Source: a virus. Taken from it: a stretch of 38,638 bases of DNA. Shown here in pieces: positions 7,636 to 15,866 of this stretch. A program made the translations under genes and the position numbers. The notes beneath the pieces were generated by a model. The model did not search any database. It worked only from the letters and a program-made list of their open reading frames with translations, and was not told the DNA's origin. Each line of letters opens with the position of its first letter. Positions within the stretch are counted from its first letter, which is position 1. The stretch is taken from the UHGV virus genome UHGV-0037385. One strand, 5' to 3'.

Positions 7636-8076
7636 ATGAAATCAGTAATATTTCATGTCCCTGGCAAACCGCAGGGAAAGGCAAGAGCCAGGACTGTTTA
7701 CAATAAAAACTTAAGTCACTCAGTTAGCTATACACCTGAGAATGATCTGCTGTATGAGAATCTGATCAAAGCAATGTATATCACTGCTGCCAAAGGAACA
7801 AAATTTGACAAAGACATACCGGTAGCTCTTCGAATCGTAGCAAGGTTTGAACCGCCGAAGAGTACCTCTAAGAAAAAAGTGCAGCAGATGCTGGCAGGTG
7901 AACTTCATGTCATGAAGAAACCGGATATCGATAATATAGTAAAGGTTGTAGCGGATGCGCTGAATGGCGTGGCCTACAAAGATGATACTCAGATCGTATT
8001 TGTCGCTGCAAAGAAAGCATATTCAGCAGATGAAGGACTGGATGTGATCGTGGAGGAATATAAAGCAACAGAATAA
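7636..8076 (+). CDS. rusA: RusA-family Holliday-junction resolvase.
   Basis: It carries the PGKPQGKARAR and KPDIDNIVKVVADALNGVAYKDDTQI motifs typical of RusA. It is 146 aa. Confidence 0.8.
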   Translation: MKSVIFHVPGKPQGKARARTVYNKNLSHSVSYTPENDLLYENLIKAMYITAAKGTKFDKDIPVALRIVARFEPPKSTSKKKVQQMLAGELHVMKKPDIDNIVKVVADALNGVAYKDDTQIVFVAAKKAYSADEGLDVIVEEYKATE

Positions 8077-8087
8077 ACAGGAAGGCG

Positions 8088-8933
8088 GTGACAGCGTTGC
8101 CAAGACCAAGAAAGAATGGGTTAGACTACTTTCCGCTTGATGTTGATTTCCTTGACGATCCTAAAATAAAGATACTGAAAGCCAGGTATGGCAGAGACGG
8201 TATCGTATTTTATATCTACCTGTTATGCGAGATATATAAGCAGGGATATTACCTGCAGGTAGATGAAGATTTTGAATATATTATATCTGATGATCTAAAA
8301 ATTGATCAGAACAAGGCGAAGCAGGTCTTGAACTTCTTGCTGTCACGGTCACTGTTCGATAACACACTTTTTCAGTCGGACAAGGTCTTGACCTCTGCCG
8401 GAATACAGAAAAGATTTCAACTTGCAGTCAGAGAACGAGCAAGGAAAAATCCGATAGAAGTTGGAAGGTACTGGCTTTTAAAAAAAGAAGAAACAGAACC
8501 TTTTATTAAGTGTACCCATTTTAGTGATTTATCCGAGATAAAAGAGAGTTATTCCCGGAAAAACGATTGTAATTCCACGGAAAAATCCCTAAAGAAAAGT
8601 AAAGTAAAGAATATAGATAATATATTAGGATTTAGCCCGGAACTTGAACAGGCATTTCAGATGTATATTCTTGTCCGTTCTAATAATTATGGAGACATAA
8701 TACCGGAACAGATCCAGGCACTTCGAGAGGATTTGATCCAATTGAGTGATTCAGAAGTTGAACGCATTGCTATTGTTAAGAAGGCAACAGCAGGAGGATG
8801 GAAATCATTTTATAAGACACCAGGCAAGGAGAAGCAGAGCAGAACCAAGAAGGCAGCAGTTAAGGACAATAACAATTTTAAGAGAAGGCAGTATGATATG
8901 GATGATCTTGAGAATCGACTGTTGGGAAGGTAG
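8088..8933 (+). CDS. Phage replisome organizer / DnaD-domain replication protein with a DUF4373-like N-terminus (GLDYFPLDVDF).
   Basis: The N-terminus RKNGLDYFPLDVDFLDDPKIKIL matches the Lin1244/Lin1753-type N-terminal domain. The C-terminal region is DnaD-like. The start may be TTG 8097 rather than GTG 8088. Confidence 0.65.
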   Translation: MTALPRPRKNGLDYFPLDVDFLDDPKIKILKARYGRDGIVFYIYLLCEIYKQGYYLQVDEDFEYIISDDLKIDQNKAKQVLNFLLSRSLFDNTLFQSDKVLTSAGIQKRFQLAVRERARKNPIEVGRYWLLKKEETEPFIKCTHFSDLSEIKESYSRKNDCNSTEKSLKKSKVKNIDNILGFSPELEQAFQMYILVRSNNYGDIIPEQIQALREDLIQLSDSEVERIAIVKKATAGGWKSFYKTPGKEKQSRTKKAAVKDNNNFKRRQYDMDDLENRLLGR

Positions 8934-8939
8934 AGAAGA

Positions 8940-9146
8940 ATGGGTGAAAGTAAAATAAGAAAATGTATTATCTGCGGACGGCTCATCACGGCATCAAGAA
9001 GATATGCATACTGCAGTGATGAGTGTGCAGGTTATGCTAGCAAAGAGCGTGCTAGAGCAAAGATGCGTGAAATACAAGAGGAACATAGAAAATTTATTAC
9101 AGAGACCAGGCAAAAGAAAAATATGAAGAAGCCGGGAAGAAAGTAA
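8940..9146 (+). CDS. Small Zn-ribbon protein with the motif CIICG...CSDEC.
   Basis: 68 aa and basic. The frame stays open and protein-like after the TAA stop. Confidence 0.45.
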   Translation: MGESKIRKCIICGRLITASRRYAYCSDECAGYASKERARAKMREIQEEHRKFITETRQKKNMKKPGRK

Positions 9147-9270
9147 AAGCAGTACAGAAATGAGCTCATAAGAATAGCAGCGGAAGCAAGAGAGCATGGT
9201 ATGAGCTATGGACAGTACGTGGGATTAATGTACTGCGAAGAAAGAGACGAGATGGAAAGAAGGAGAAGAT

Positions 9271-9471
9271 ATGACAGAAAAAGACGCGAAAGATTTGGTT
9301 GACTGGCTGGAACAGGCAGAAGAGGAAACAAAAGCAACAATTGCAGAGCATGAAAGAATCGATCCTTTTTATGACGGAGTACTTTCAACGATCCAGACGG
9401 TTCGAGAATATATCAAGAAAATGCGTAAGGTGGATGAAGCAGAAGGAGAGAAGAAAGAGAATGATAGATGA
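9271..9471 (+). CDS. Small acidic hypothetical protein.
   Basis: An AAGGAGAAG Shine-Dalgarno lies 6 nt before ATG 9271. It is 66 aa. Confidence 0.45.
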   Translation: MTEKDAKDLVDWLEQAEEETKATIAEHERIDPFYDGVLSTIQTVREYIKKMRKVDEAEGEKKENDR

Positions 9472-10117
9472 GATCGTCAAGAAGATAACTGAAATCTCTG
9501 GAACATACTCAGGGTATGAAATATTTTCTGACTGGATAAAGGCTTTAGCATTATCTATAAGCAATTCAACCGATATTGTACATGGTAAAATATGGCAAGA
9601 CAGGGAACAGCAGTATTTAGAAATAGCGAAAAAGCATGGAGCAGATACAATGAAATCTTTTGCTGAGCTTGGCGGTATGCTAGTAACTGCACTGGACGAA
9701 GAAATACAGGATGTGCTAGGTGCGGTATTCATGAAAGGATCGTGGGGCTCAAAGCAAACTGGACAGTTCTTCACTCCATTCAATGTGTCATTGCTAACAG
9801 CATCAATAAGCATCCTGGACGATGTGAGCGAAGAAAATCCGCTGATAATCAATGAACCGTCTACAGGTGGCGGTGGAATGATGATAGCAGCTGCAAGAGT
9901 ACTAAAGGACAGAGGGATAAACCCACAGAGGTGCATGAAAGTTACAGCACAAGACTTGGACTGGAAGTGTGTATACATGACTTACTTGCAATTAAGTTTA
10001 CTTGGAATAAAAGCAACTGTAGTACAAGGAGACACATTAAGCACTCCGTATATTGACGGAATTTACCCGCAAGAAAGAGTCATGTACACTCCAGCAGAGA
10101 AAGGAATGCTTTTTTAA
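9461..10117 (+). CDS. HsdM-like N6-adenine methyltransferase N-terminal / SAM-binding domain protein. It ends before the catalytic NPPF/Y motif, so it is a catalytically incomplete methyltransferase-like protein.
   Basis: 218 aa. The HsdM_N-like segment reads DVLGAVF...GQFFTPFNVSLL. Motif I reads INEPSTGGGGMMIAAARVL. The helper-region motif reads TAQDLDWKCVYMTYLQLSLLGIKATVVQGDTL. A stop then follows and no NPPF/NPPY motif is present. The start was moved to ATG 9461 (GGAGAG Shine-Dalgarno) within the longer track ORF 9299..10117. Confidence 0.65.
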   Translation: MIDEIVKKITEISGTYSGYEIFSDWIKALALSISNSTDIVHGKIWQDREQQYLEIAKKHGADTMKSFAELGGMLVTALDEEIQDVLGAVFMKGSWGSKQTGQFFTPFNVSLLTASISILDDVSEENPLIINEPSTGGGGMMIAAARVLKDRGINPQRCMKVTAQDLDWKCVYMTYLQLSLLGIKATVVQGDTLSTPYIDGIYPQERVMYTPAEKGMLF

Positions 10118-10128
10118 AGGTTGAAGAG

Positions 10129-11196
10129 ATGGAAGGAACAATAGATTGCAGAGAAGATGTGCTGAATAATTTGATTTCATGGGCAGCATCGCACGGAATT
10201 GATCCATCAGAAGCAAAATATGATTTTTACATGATGCTAAACAATGTTGAAATCACAAGCAGATGTACAGAGATTGCACAGATCGAAGAGAATAGAAACG
10301 AATATCTCCTAAAAAAATTCCTTATAGCGAAGAAAGTAAAAGGATGTACAGACAGAACACTTCAGTTCTACGGAACGAGCATAAAATCAATTCTTCAGAG
10401 GATAGGGAAAACGGTAGACGATATCACAGCAGACGATATCCGATTTTACATGGCAGTAAGAATCCGACAAGACAAGGTATCAAAAACAACTGTCGGAAAT
10501 GAAACGAGAAATCTCGGAAGCTTTTTCACATGGTTGTACCTGGAAGAAGAAATCAAGCGGAATCCAATGTCGAAAGTCGATAGAATCAAGAAAGAAAAAG
10601 TGAAGAAAGAAGCACTCACAGAACTTGAGATTGAACAGTTAAGAGCATCGGCAGAAGGCGAACGTGAAAAAATGATTGTCGAAGTGTTACTGTCAACCGG
10701 ATGCAGAGTGAGCGAACTGGTACAGATCCTAATATCTGAAATTGACGGAGATAAAATTTTGGTGCATGGGAAAGGAAAGAAAGACAGATATGTTTACCTT
10801 AACGCAAGAGCAAAGTTCTCGATGCAGAGATATTTGGAATGCAGGAAAGACTCAAATCCTTACTTACTCCCACGCAGTGTATCTATAAAAAACATGGAAG
10901 GATGCGAAAGAGCAAAGTTGAAAGAGTGGTGGAAGAATCCACAAAACGTATCCGAAGGTCATTCTGATAAAGGAACAATAGAATGCATGATGAGAAAGAT
11001 GGCGGAAAGAGCAGGGGTTGATAAGGCGAACCCACACAAGTTCAGAAGAACGTGTGCAACAATGGCACTCAGAAGAGGAATGCCGATCGAACAGGTCTCT
11101 AAGATGCTAGGACATGAGAGCCTGGAAACAACACAAATCTATTTGGATCTGGAAGAAAACGAATTGGAACAGGCACATAAAAAGTATGTAGTGTAG
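10129..11196 (+). CDS. Tyrosine site-specific recombinase (XerC/D-like, phage-integrase family), the second recombinase of the element.
   Basis: It has a SAM-like core-binding domain and the complete catalytic set: R in TGCRVSEL, K in HGKGKKDRYV, H-x-x-R in HKFRRT, then LGHESLETTQIYL with the Tyr nucleophile. It starts 12 nt downstream of the methyltransferase-like ORF. Confidence 0.85.
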   Translation: MEGTIDCREDVLNNLISWAASHGIDPSEAKYDFYMMLNNVEITSRCTEIAQIEENRNEYLLKKFLIAKKVKGCTDRTLQFYGTSIKSILQRIGKTVDDITADDIRFYMAVRIRQDKVSKTTVGNETRNLGSFFTWLYLEEEIKRNPMSKVDRIKKEKVKKEALTELEIEQLRASAEGEREKMIVEVLLSTGCRVSELVQILISEIDGDKILVHGKGKKDRYVYLNARAKFSMQRYLECRKDSNPYLLPRSVSIKNMEGCERAKLKEWWKNPQNVSEGHSDKGTIECMMRKMAERAGVDKANPHKFRRTCATMALRRGMPIEQVSKMLGHESLETTQIYLDLEENELEQAHKKYVV

Positions 11197-11208
11197 GAAG
11201 GAGAAAAT

Positions 11209-11538
11209 ATGGCAAGGTTTGAGTATATCGAAGAAATTAAGCCGTTTTTCTGGTGGACAGGAAGTTTGAGCATAGAGCAGGCAATCACACACTTGACAAA
11301 GCGGTACGATGAAGAGGAAGCGCACAATCTGTTGGATGAAAAGTTAGAATTTGTATCTGACTACATGAGAAATAATCACGGAGCTGTCGAGCAGTACGGA
11401 ATCTACCTCATTCCGGAATTTATGCTTGGATATGATGACATAGAGATTGTGATTGTAGCGGCATCCGAAAACGAGAGGGCTACGGTGGTATTCTCGGATA
11501 TTCCGGTAGTTAAGAGAGGTGAGAGAGATGAAAGATAA
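11209..11538 (+). CDS. Hypothetical protein.
   Basis: 109 aa, with an AAGGAGAAAAT Shine-Dalgarno before ATG 11209. Confidence 0.45.
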   Translation: MARFEYIEEIKPFFWWTGSLSIEQAITHLTKRYDEEEAHNLLDEKLEFVSDYMRNNHGAVEQYGIYLIPEFMLGYDDIEIVIVAASENERATVVFSDIPVVKRGERDER

Positions 11539-11911
11539 ATGTCCAATATGTAATTACGAGTTGAAAATGTGTCAGTGTTTATTTGCCGGAGACTGTCATC
11601 CAGACAGAACAAAAATCAGAGAGGTTGTACTTGACCACTTGTATCTTTTGACAGATGAGCAAATTAAACATATTCAGTATTTGGAAAAACATTGGAATAT
11701 GTCGTATGATGACGAAGAAAAAGAAGAGATTAAATGCAAGTTGAAAAGGGTGGAAGAGGAGAATGTGCATGGAGCAGATCAAGGTAGGTGGAAAATGACA
11801 AGACAAGAGAAAGAGGATCAGGCGCAGATTGAGTACCCGAGACGATGGAAAGAGAAGAAACAGAAGAGAAAAAATCTGTTAGAAAAACTGAGAAAGAGAG
11901 GCACGAAATGA
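11528..11911 (+). CDS. Cys-rich protein with an N-terminal Zn-finger (CPICN...CQC...C) and a basic coiled-coil C-terminus.
   Basis: The start was moved to ATG 11528, which lies 9 nt after AGAGGTG. Confidence 0.45.
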   Translation: MKDKCPICNYELKMCQCLFAGDCHPDRTKIREVVLDHLYLLTDEQIKHIQYLEKHWNMSYDDEEKEEIKCKLKRVEEENVHGADQGRWKMTRQEKEDQAQIEYPRRWKEKKQKRKNLLEKLRKRGTK

Positions 11912-12366
11912 AATACGAAGCAGGAGATAAAGTAAAGGTTAGAAGTGACTTAAAAACATCGGTGCCGTATGGTGGCTTATGTGTAATTGATGAAATGTTA
12001 AAGAAAAAGATTGTAACGATTACATCCGTGCATGAAGGTTACTACAAAGTTGTAGAAGATGACTATGCGTGGACAGATGAAATGCTTGAGGGATTAGTAG
12101 AGGACGAACTGACAGCGGAAGAAGCAATTATACTTAGAGGCGAAATGTGTGAGGGAAGGAGTTGCAGTCGTTGCAAGCTGAGTGCCTATAACAATGGCAC
12201 GGGTATTACCTGTAATGAATTAGCGGTAAAACATCCTGAACGATATATCGAAGTCCTCAAACAGTACAAGAAAGACCATGAAAAGAAAGAAATTGAAGTT
12301 GTGAAGAAAACCTGTTGCCTTGTAATAGACGAAAAAAAGAACGGTTGTTCACGAAGAGGAAATTGA
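11908..12366 (+). CDS. Hypothetical protein.
   Basis: The start was moved to ATG 11908 (AGAGAGG Shine-Dalgarno, ATGA overlap with the previous gene). It is 152 aa with Cys pairs CSRC and TCC. Confidence 0.4.
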   Translation: MKYEAGDKVKVRSDLKTSVPYGGLCVIDEMLKKKIVTITSVHEGYYKVVEDDYAWTDEMLEGLVEDELTAEEAIILRGEMCEGRSCSRCKLSAYNNGTGITCNELAVKHPERYIEVLKQYKKDHEKKEIEVVKKTCCLVIDEKKNGCSRRGN

Positions 12367-12468
12367 CAATCATGATTCTTGCGAGGAAGTGCTGAAAAGA
12401 TATTGCGAAGAGCATGATGGAAAATTCTTTGCTATTGCGGAATGTAGATATGAGGTAAAGGAGTAGGC

Positions 12469-12684
12469 GTGAATGTTGGAGAAAAGATAGATTACATGAT
12501 TCAATGCTTACAGGTGGCGAAAGCTGAGTGTGAGTATTTGGACGAATGGAATGCCAAAGACTGGGAGGATGACCGAGACATGCAATGGTTGTGTTCCAAC
12601 AGACAGCCAAATAAGTCGCTGATTAAGGACAACCTTAGAAATGCAGCGAGAATGGGATTCCAGCTTGCGAATGAGGTGAAGTGA
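12469..12684 (+). CDS. Hypothetical small protein.
   Basis: An AAGGAG Shine-Dalgarno lies 9 nt before GTG 12469. It is 71 aa. Confidence 0.4.
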   Translation: MNVGEKIDYMIQCLQVAKAECEYLDEWNAKDWEDDRDMQWLCSNRQPNKSLIKDNLRNAARMGFQLANEVK

Positions 12685-12842
12685 TGATGACGGTAAGAGA
12701 AGAACAGGTACTTTGCAAACTGCATGAATTTATCGATGCAAACGATATTAATTGTGCAGAAGATGTGACGCAGCGAGATAGCATAAGTGAACAGTGCGTA
12801 GATCTTGTGGCAGAGTTGGTTGATACGCTTTGCTATAAATAA
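12684..12842 (+). CDS. Hypothetical mini-protein of 52 aa.
   Basis: It overlaps the previous stop (TGATGATG) and has a GAGGTG Shine-Dalgarno. It is below the track cut-off. Confidence 0.3.
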   Translation: MMTVREEQVLCKLHEFIDANDINCAEDVTQRDSISEQCVDLVAELVDTLCYK

Positions 12843-12907
12843 CATTAAATTACAGAAAGGAGACGGAGCTCCGGCCGGGCAAAGATATATCGGCTCCTTT
12901 CGAGAAG

Positions 12908-13945
12908 ATGTATATACAAGAAGATGACTTGAAACTAAATGACTGGCAGTTCTCACAAAGAAAATATCTGCCATATGAAACAAAGCTACGGCTTACAGAA
13001 ACCCGTATAAGAGAATGGCATTACAACTGGGAAGGGCAAGTGTATTTAAGCTATTCTGCTGGACTTGATAGCACAGTGCTACTACATATGATCCGAAAAA
13101 TATTAGGAAATGATGTCCCGGCTGTATTCTCCAATACAGGTTTGGAATTTCCGGAAATCGTGAGATTTGCAAGGAAAGCACCGGGAGAGTTTGTAGAGAT
13201 ATATCCGAGAGAAAAGGATGGAAAGAGGATTACATTTAAACAGGTCGTTGATCAATACGGATTCCCGCTTGTGTCGAAAGAAACGGCATTGAAAATACAT
13301 AAGTTGCGACACGGGAACTTATCAGATCGGTATAGAAACTATCTGCTGAACGGGGACGAGCGTGGAAAGTTCGGAGTTTTGGCAAAAAAATGGAAGTTTC
13401 TGTTGGACGCAAAATTTGATACATCTGAGAAGTGCTGTCACATTATGAAGAAGAAACCATTTAAAGAATACGAAAAGCGCACCGGCAGAAAACCATATAT
13501 CGGCACAACACAGGATGAGGGATTCATGCGAGCGCATCTATACGCAAGCACAGGATGTAATGTGTATGACGGGAAGAAAATTAAATCACAGCCGTTAGGA
13601 TTTTGGAACAGACAGGATGTATTAAGATACGCGGTCGAAAATGATGTGGAAATATGCTCTGTGTACGGAGATATTAAGCAAGATCAGCAAGGCAACTATT
13701 ATACGACAGGAGAACAACGAACAGGATGTATGTTCTGTGGATTCGGAGCGCACCTGGAAGAAGAGCCAAACAGATTCCAGAGAATGTCCATAACACATCC
13801 GAAATGTTATGAAATCTGCATGAACCTTGAAAACAACGGGGTGAAGTATAAAGATGCGTTAGAAACATGCGGAATTGGTACAGAAACATGGGAGCAGATG
13901 GGGCAAATGGATATATTTGATTTTATTGGAGGTGCGGAATGCTAG
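12908..13945 (+). CDS. Phosphoadenosine-phosphosulfate-reductase-family (PP-loop ATP pyrophosphatase, DndC-like) protein with a Cys-rich DUF3440-like C-terminus.
   Basis: The PP-loop SYSAGLDS is a variant of SGGKDS. The C-terminal Cys cluster reads CMFCGFGAH...CYEIC. This kind of PAPS_reduct/DUF3440 protein is typical of phages. Confidence 0.7.
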   Translation: MYIQEDDLKLNDWQFSQRKYLPYETKLRLTETRIREWHYNWEGQVYLSYSAGLDSTVLLHMIRKILGNDVPAVFSNTGLEFPEIVRFARKAPGEFVEIYPREKDGKRITFKQVVDQYGFPLVSKETALKIHKLRHGNLSDRYRNYLLNGDERGKFGVLAKKWKFLLDAKFDTSEKCCHIMKKKPFKEYEKRTGRKPYIGTTQDEGFMRAHLYASTGCNVYDGKKIKSQPLGFWNRQDVLRYAVENDVEICSVYGDIKQDQQGNYYTTGEQRTGCMFCGFGAHLEEEPNRFQRMSITHPKCYEICMNLENNGVKYKDALETCGIGTETWEQMGQMDIFDFIGGAEC

Positions 13946-14643
13946 ATTTCGGATATTACAACATGGATTGTATGGATGGCATGAAAGAATTTCCAGATAA
14001 ATATTTCGACATCGCCGTTGTAGACCCGCCATATTTTAGCGGACCGGAGAAAAGAGGATTTTACGGGAGACGCATAAGCCCGATTGGAGTTCAAAGAGTG
14101 TATCAGAAATCTGCAGAATGGACAATTCCAGATAAAGCGTATTTTGATGAATTGTTTAGGGTCTCCAAGAATCAGATCGTTTGGGGATGTAACTATTTTG
14201 ATTATCATTTCCCTCCGGGTAGGATTGTATGGGATAAATGCAATGGCAATACAGATTTTTCAGATTGCGAAATCGCATTCTGCAGTTTCCATGATAGCGT
14301 GAGGCTATTTCGGTATATGTGGAACGGAATGTTCCAAGGAAAGAGCATACAGGAGGGGCATATCCAGCAAGGAAACAAGAAAAAGAATGAAAAGCGGATA
14401 CACCCTACTCAAAAGCCAGTGATGTTGTACAGATGGTTGTTTGACAGATACACAGAAAGAGGAATGAAATTACTGGACACGCACGTTGGGAGCGCAAGCA
14501 GTCTGATAACAGCGCATGATGCAGGACTGCAGTATGTTGGATTTGAATTGGATAAGCACTATTATGAACTTTCTAAGAAAAGGTTGGAAGAGCATACAGC
14601 GCAAATGAGTTTAAGTGATTTCCTGGAGGTGAAAACAAAATGA
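13939..14643 (+). CDS. Orphan beta-class DNA N6-adenine/N4-cytosine methyltransferase (N-4/N-6 methylase domain).
   Basis: Motif IV DPPY (VVDPPYF) precedes motif I (LLDTHVGSAS), which is the beta-class order. HPTQKP is also present. It overlaps the PAPS-reductase-like gene by 7 nt. Confidence 0.8.
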   Translation: MLDFGYYNMDCMDGMKEFPDKYFDIAVVDPPYFSGPEKRGFYGRRISPIGVQRVYQKSAEWTIPDKAYFDELFRVSKNQIVWGCNYFDYHFPPGRIVWDKCNGNTDFSDCEIAFCSFHDSVRLFRYMWNGMFQGKSIQEGHIQQGNKKKNEKRIHPTQKPVMLYRWLFDRYTERGMKLLDTHVGSASSLITAHDAGLQYVGFELDKHYYELSKKRLEEHTAQMSLSDFLEVKTK

Positions 14644-15029
14644 AAATCGAATTAAAAGAAATAGATAGAGATTCTCTGAAAGTTGGAGATGTAGTAGGAG
14701 TAGCGAGAAAGATTCAATGTGGATGGCATTGGTTCCGACATGACAAGATTATTCCGGCGAAGATTGTAAAAATCACTCCGAAGAGGACAAAGATTGTAAC
14801 TGATAAATTCGGAGAACATGATAAATACGAAAAGTTCTATGAGCTGAATGAGGACGCTGCACAGGAAACGATACTGGCAGAAGCTTTTAAGACACTCCAA
14901 GATGGAATATACGAACTTGGAGAACTGCGAAGAAATGACCGTATAAAAAATATAAGTGACGAAGATATCCTTGAAGCATCAAAGCTCATGAAAGCAATTA
15001 TGGAAATTATGGAGAAATACAAGGAGTAG
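14640..15029 (+). CDS. Hypothetical protein.
   Basis: It has an ATGA overlap with the methyltransferase stop. It is 129 aa. Confidence 0.45.
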   Translation: MKIELKEIDRDSLKVGDVVGVARKIQCGWHWFRHDKIIPAKIVKITPKRTKIVTDKFGEHDKYEKFYELNEDAAQETILAEAFKTLQDGIYELGELRRNDRIKNISDEDILEASKLMKAIMEIMEKYKE

Positions 15030-15031
15030 CA

Positions 15032-15169
15032 ATGTTTGAAGAATTATATAAATTCATATCCAGATTGCATTACGGGATAAAGTTCATGCCGGAAAAGGAT
15101 TTTGACGAGCTTTTATCTCGGTGCGACTGGGAGCAAAAGATGTATGCATTGTGCTTTAGATATTGGTAA
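15032..15169 (+). CDS. Hypothetical mini-protein of 45 aa.
   Basis: An AAGGAG Shine-Dalgarno lies 6 nt before ATG 15032. It is below the track cut-off. Confidence 0.25.
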   Translation: MFEELYKFISRLHYGIKFMPEKDFDELLSRCDWEQKMYALCFRYW

Positions 15170-15221
15170 ACGTGGAGAAAAAACATGAGAGTACCTTGAC
15201 AATTGAATATTGATGGTTGGA

Positions 15222-15236
15222 GTGGTATAATTTTCG
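15222..15236 (+). promoter_or_regulatory. Extended -10 promoter (TGgTATAAT) upstream of the Zn-finger mini-gene.
   Basis: The sequence gtgGTATAATttt contains a TGn-TATAAT extended -10 element. Confidence 0.4.
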
Positions 15237-15264
15237 TATCAAATATGCGAAGGAGGATATCGAT

Positions 15265-15465
15265 ATGAGAACTTGCTTTTGGTGTGAAGGAACCGGGAAA
15301 TTCAAAAAACCTAGAGATGAAGAAAAATATTCAGAAATATTTGACAGGTATGATGCTCCTGGAACGTTATCAATGGGAGAGTGTAGAAAAAGAGCTCTCG
15401 AGGAAGTTGGATACGACTTGGTAAAATGCAAGCATTGCAACGGAACTGGAATTCAAAAAGATTAA
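15265..15465 (+). CDS. Zn-ribbon mini-protein with CxxC...CxxC (CFWCEGTG ... CKHCNGTG).
   Basis: The start was moved to the internal ATG, which has an AGGAGG Shine-Dalgarno 8 nt upstream. Coordinates follow the ORF track. The printed sequence differs from the track by one A and one G in homopolymer runs in this region, so these coordinates may be off by 1. Confidence 0.45.
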   Translation: MRTCFWCEGTGKFKKPRDEEKYSEIFDRYDAPGTLSMGECRKRALEEVGYDLVKCKHCNGTGIQKD

Positions 15466-15475
15466 AATTGTTCTT

Positions 15476-15510
15476 GCCAACCATCAATATTCGGTGGTTG
15501 GTATTTTTTT
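15476..15510 (+). terminator. Rho-independent terminator: GCCAACCA, an 11-nt loop, TGGTTGG, then a T-run.
   Basis: The hairpin CCAACC...GGTTGG is followed by TATTTTTTTACGCTTTTTT. The 5' arm plus loop is the right arm of the 16-bp inverted repeat. Confidence 0.55.
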
Positions 15511-15539
15511 ACGCTTTTTTAAGGAGAAGAGGTGAGGGA

Positions 15540-15866
15540 ATGAAAGAGAGATTAACAACATACCACTGCGGAAAAGCAGTGATTAAGGACAGGAATAAGC
15601 TGTCAGAAGCTATGGAGAAGTTAGCTGAGTTTGAGGAAAAAGAAAAATGTGGAGAATGGCTTGACGCTATTGAACTTGCGAAAATTGCTATTGCGCTGCA
15701 AAGCCAGAAGCACATTCCAGTAAAGCCGATTATCTTAGATGTACTGAACGGAGATATCGACTATGTATGCCCTTTATGCGATAAAGAGGTAATGTCGGAT
15801 GCGGAAAGCAGAAACAACTATTGTGGCGAATGCGGTTGTAAATTTGATTGGAGTGATGAACAGTGA
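15540..15866 (+). CDS. Hypothetical protein with a C-terminal Cys cluster (CPLCD...CGECGC), a Zn-ribbon.
   Basis: The start was moved to ATG 15540 (GAGGTGAGGGA Shine-Dalgarno) inside track ORF 15426..15866. Confidence 0.45.
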   Translation: MKERLTTYHCGKAVIKDRNKLSEAMEKLAEFEEKEKCGEWLDAIELAKIAIALQSQKHIPVKPIILDVLNGDIDYVCPLCDKEVMSDAESRNNYCGECGCKFDWSDEQ

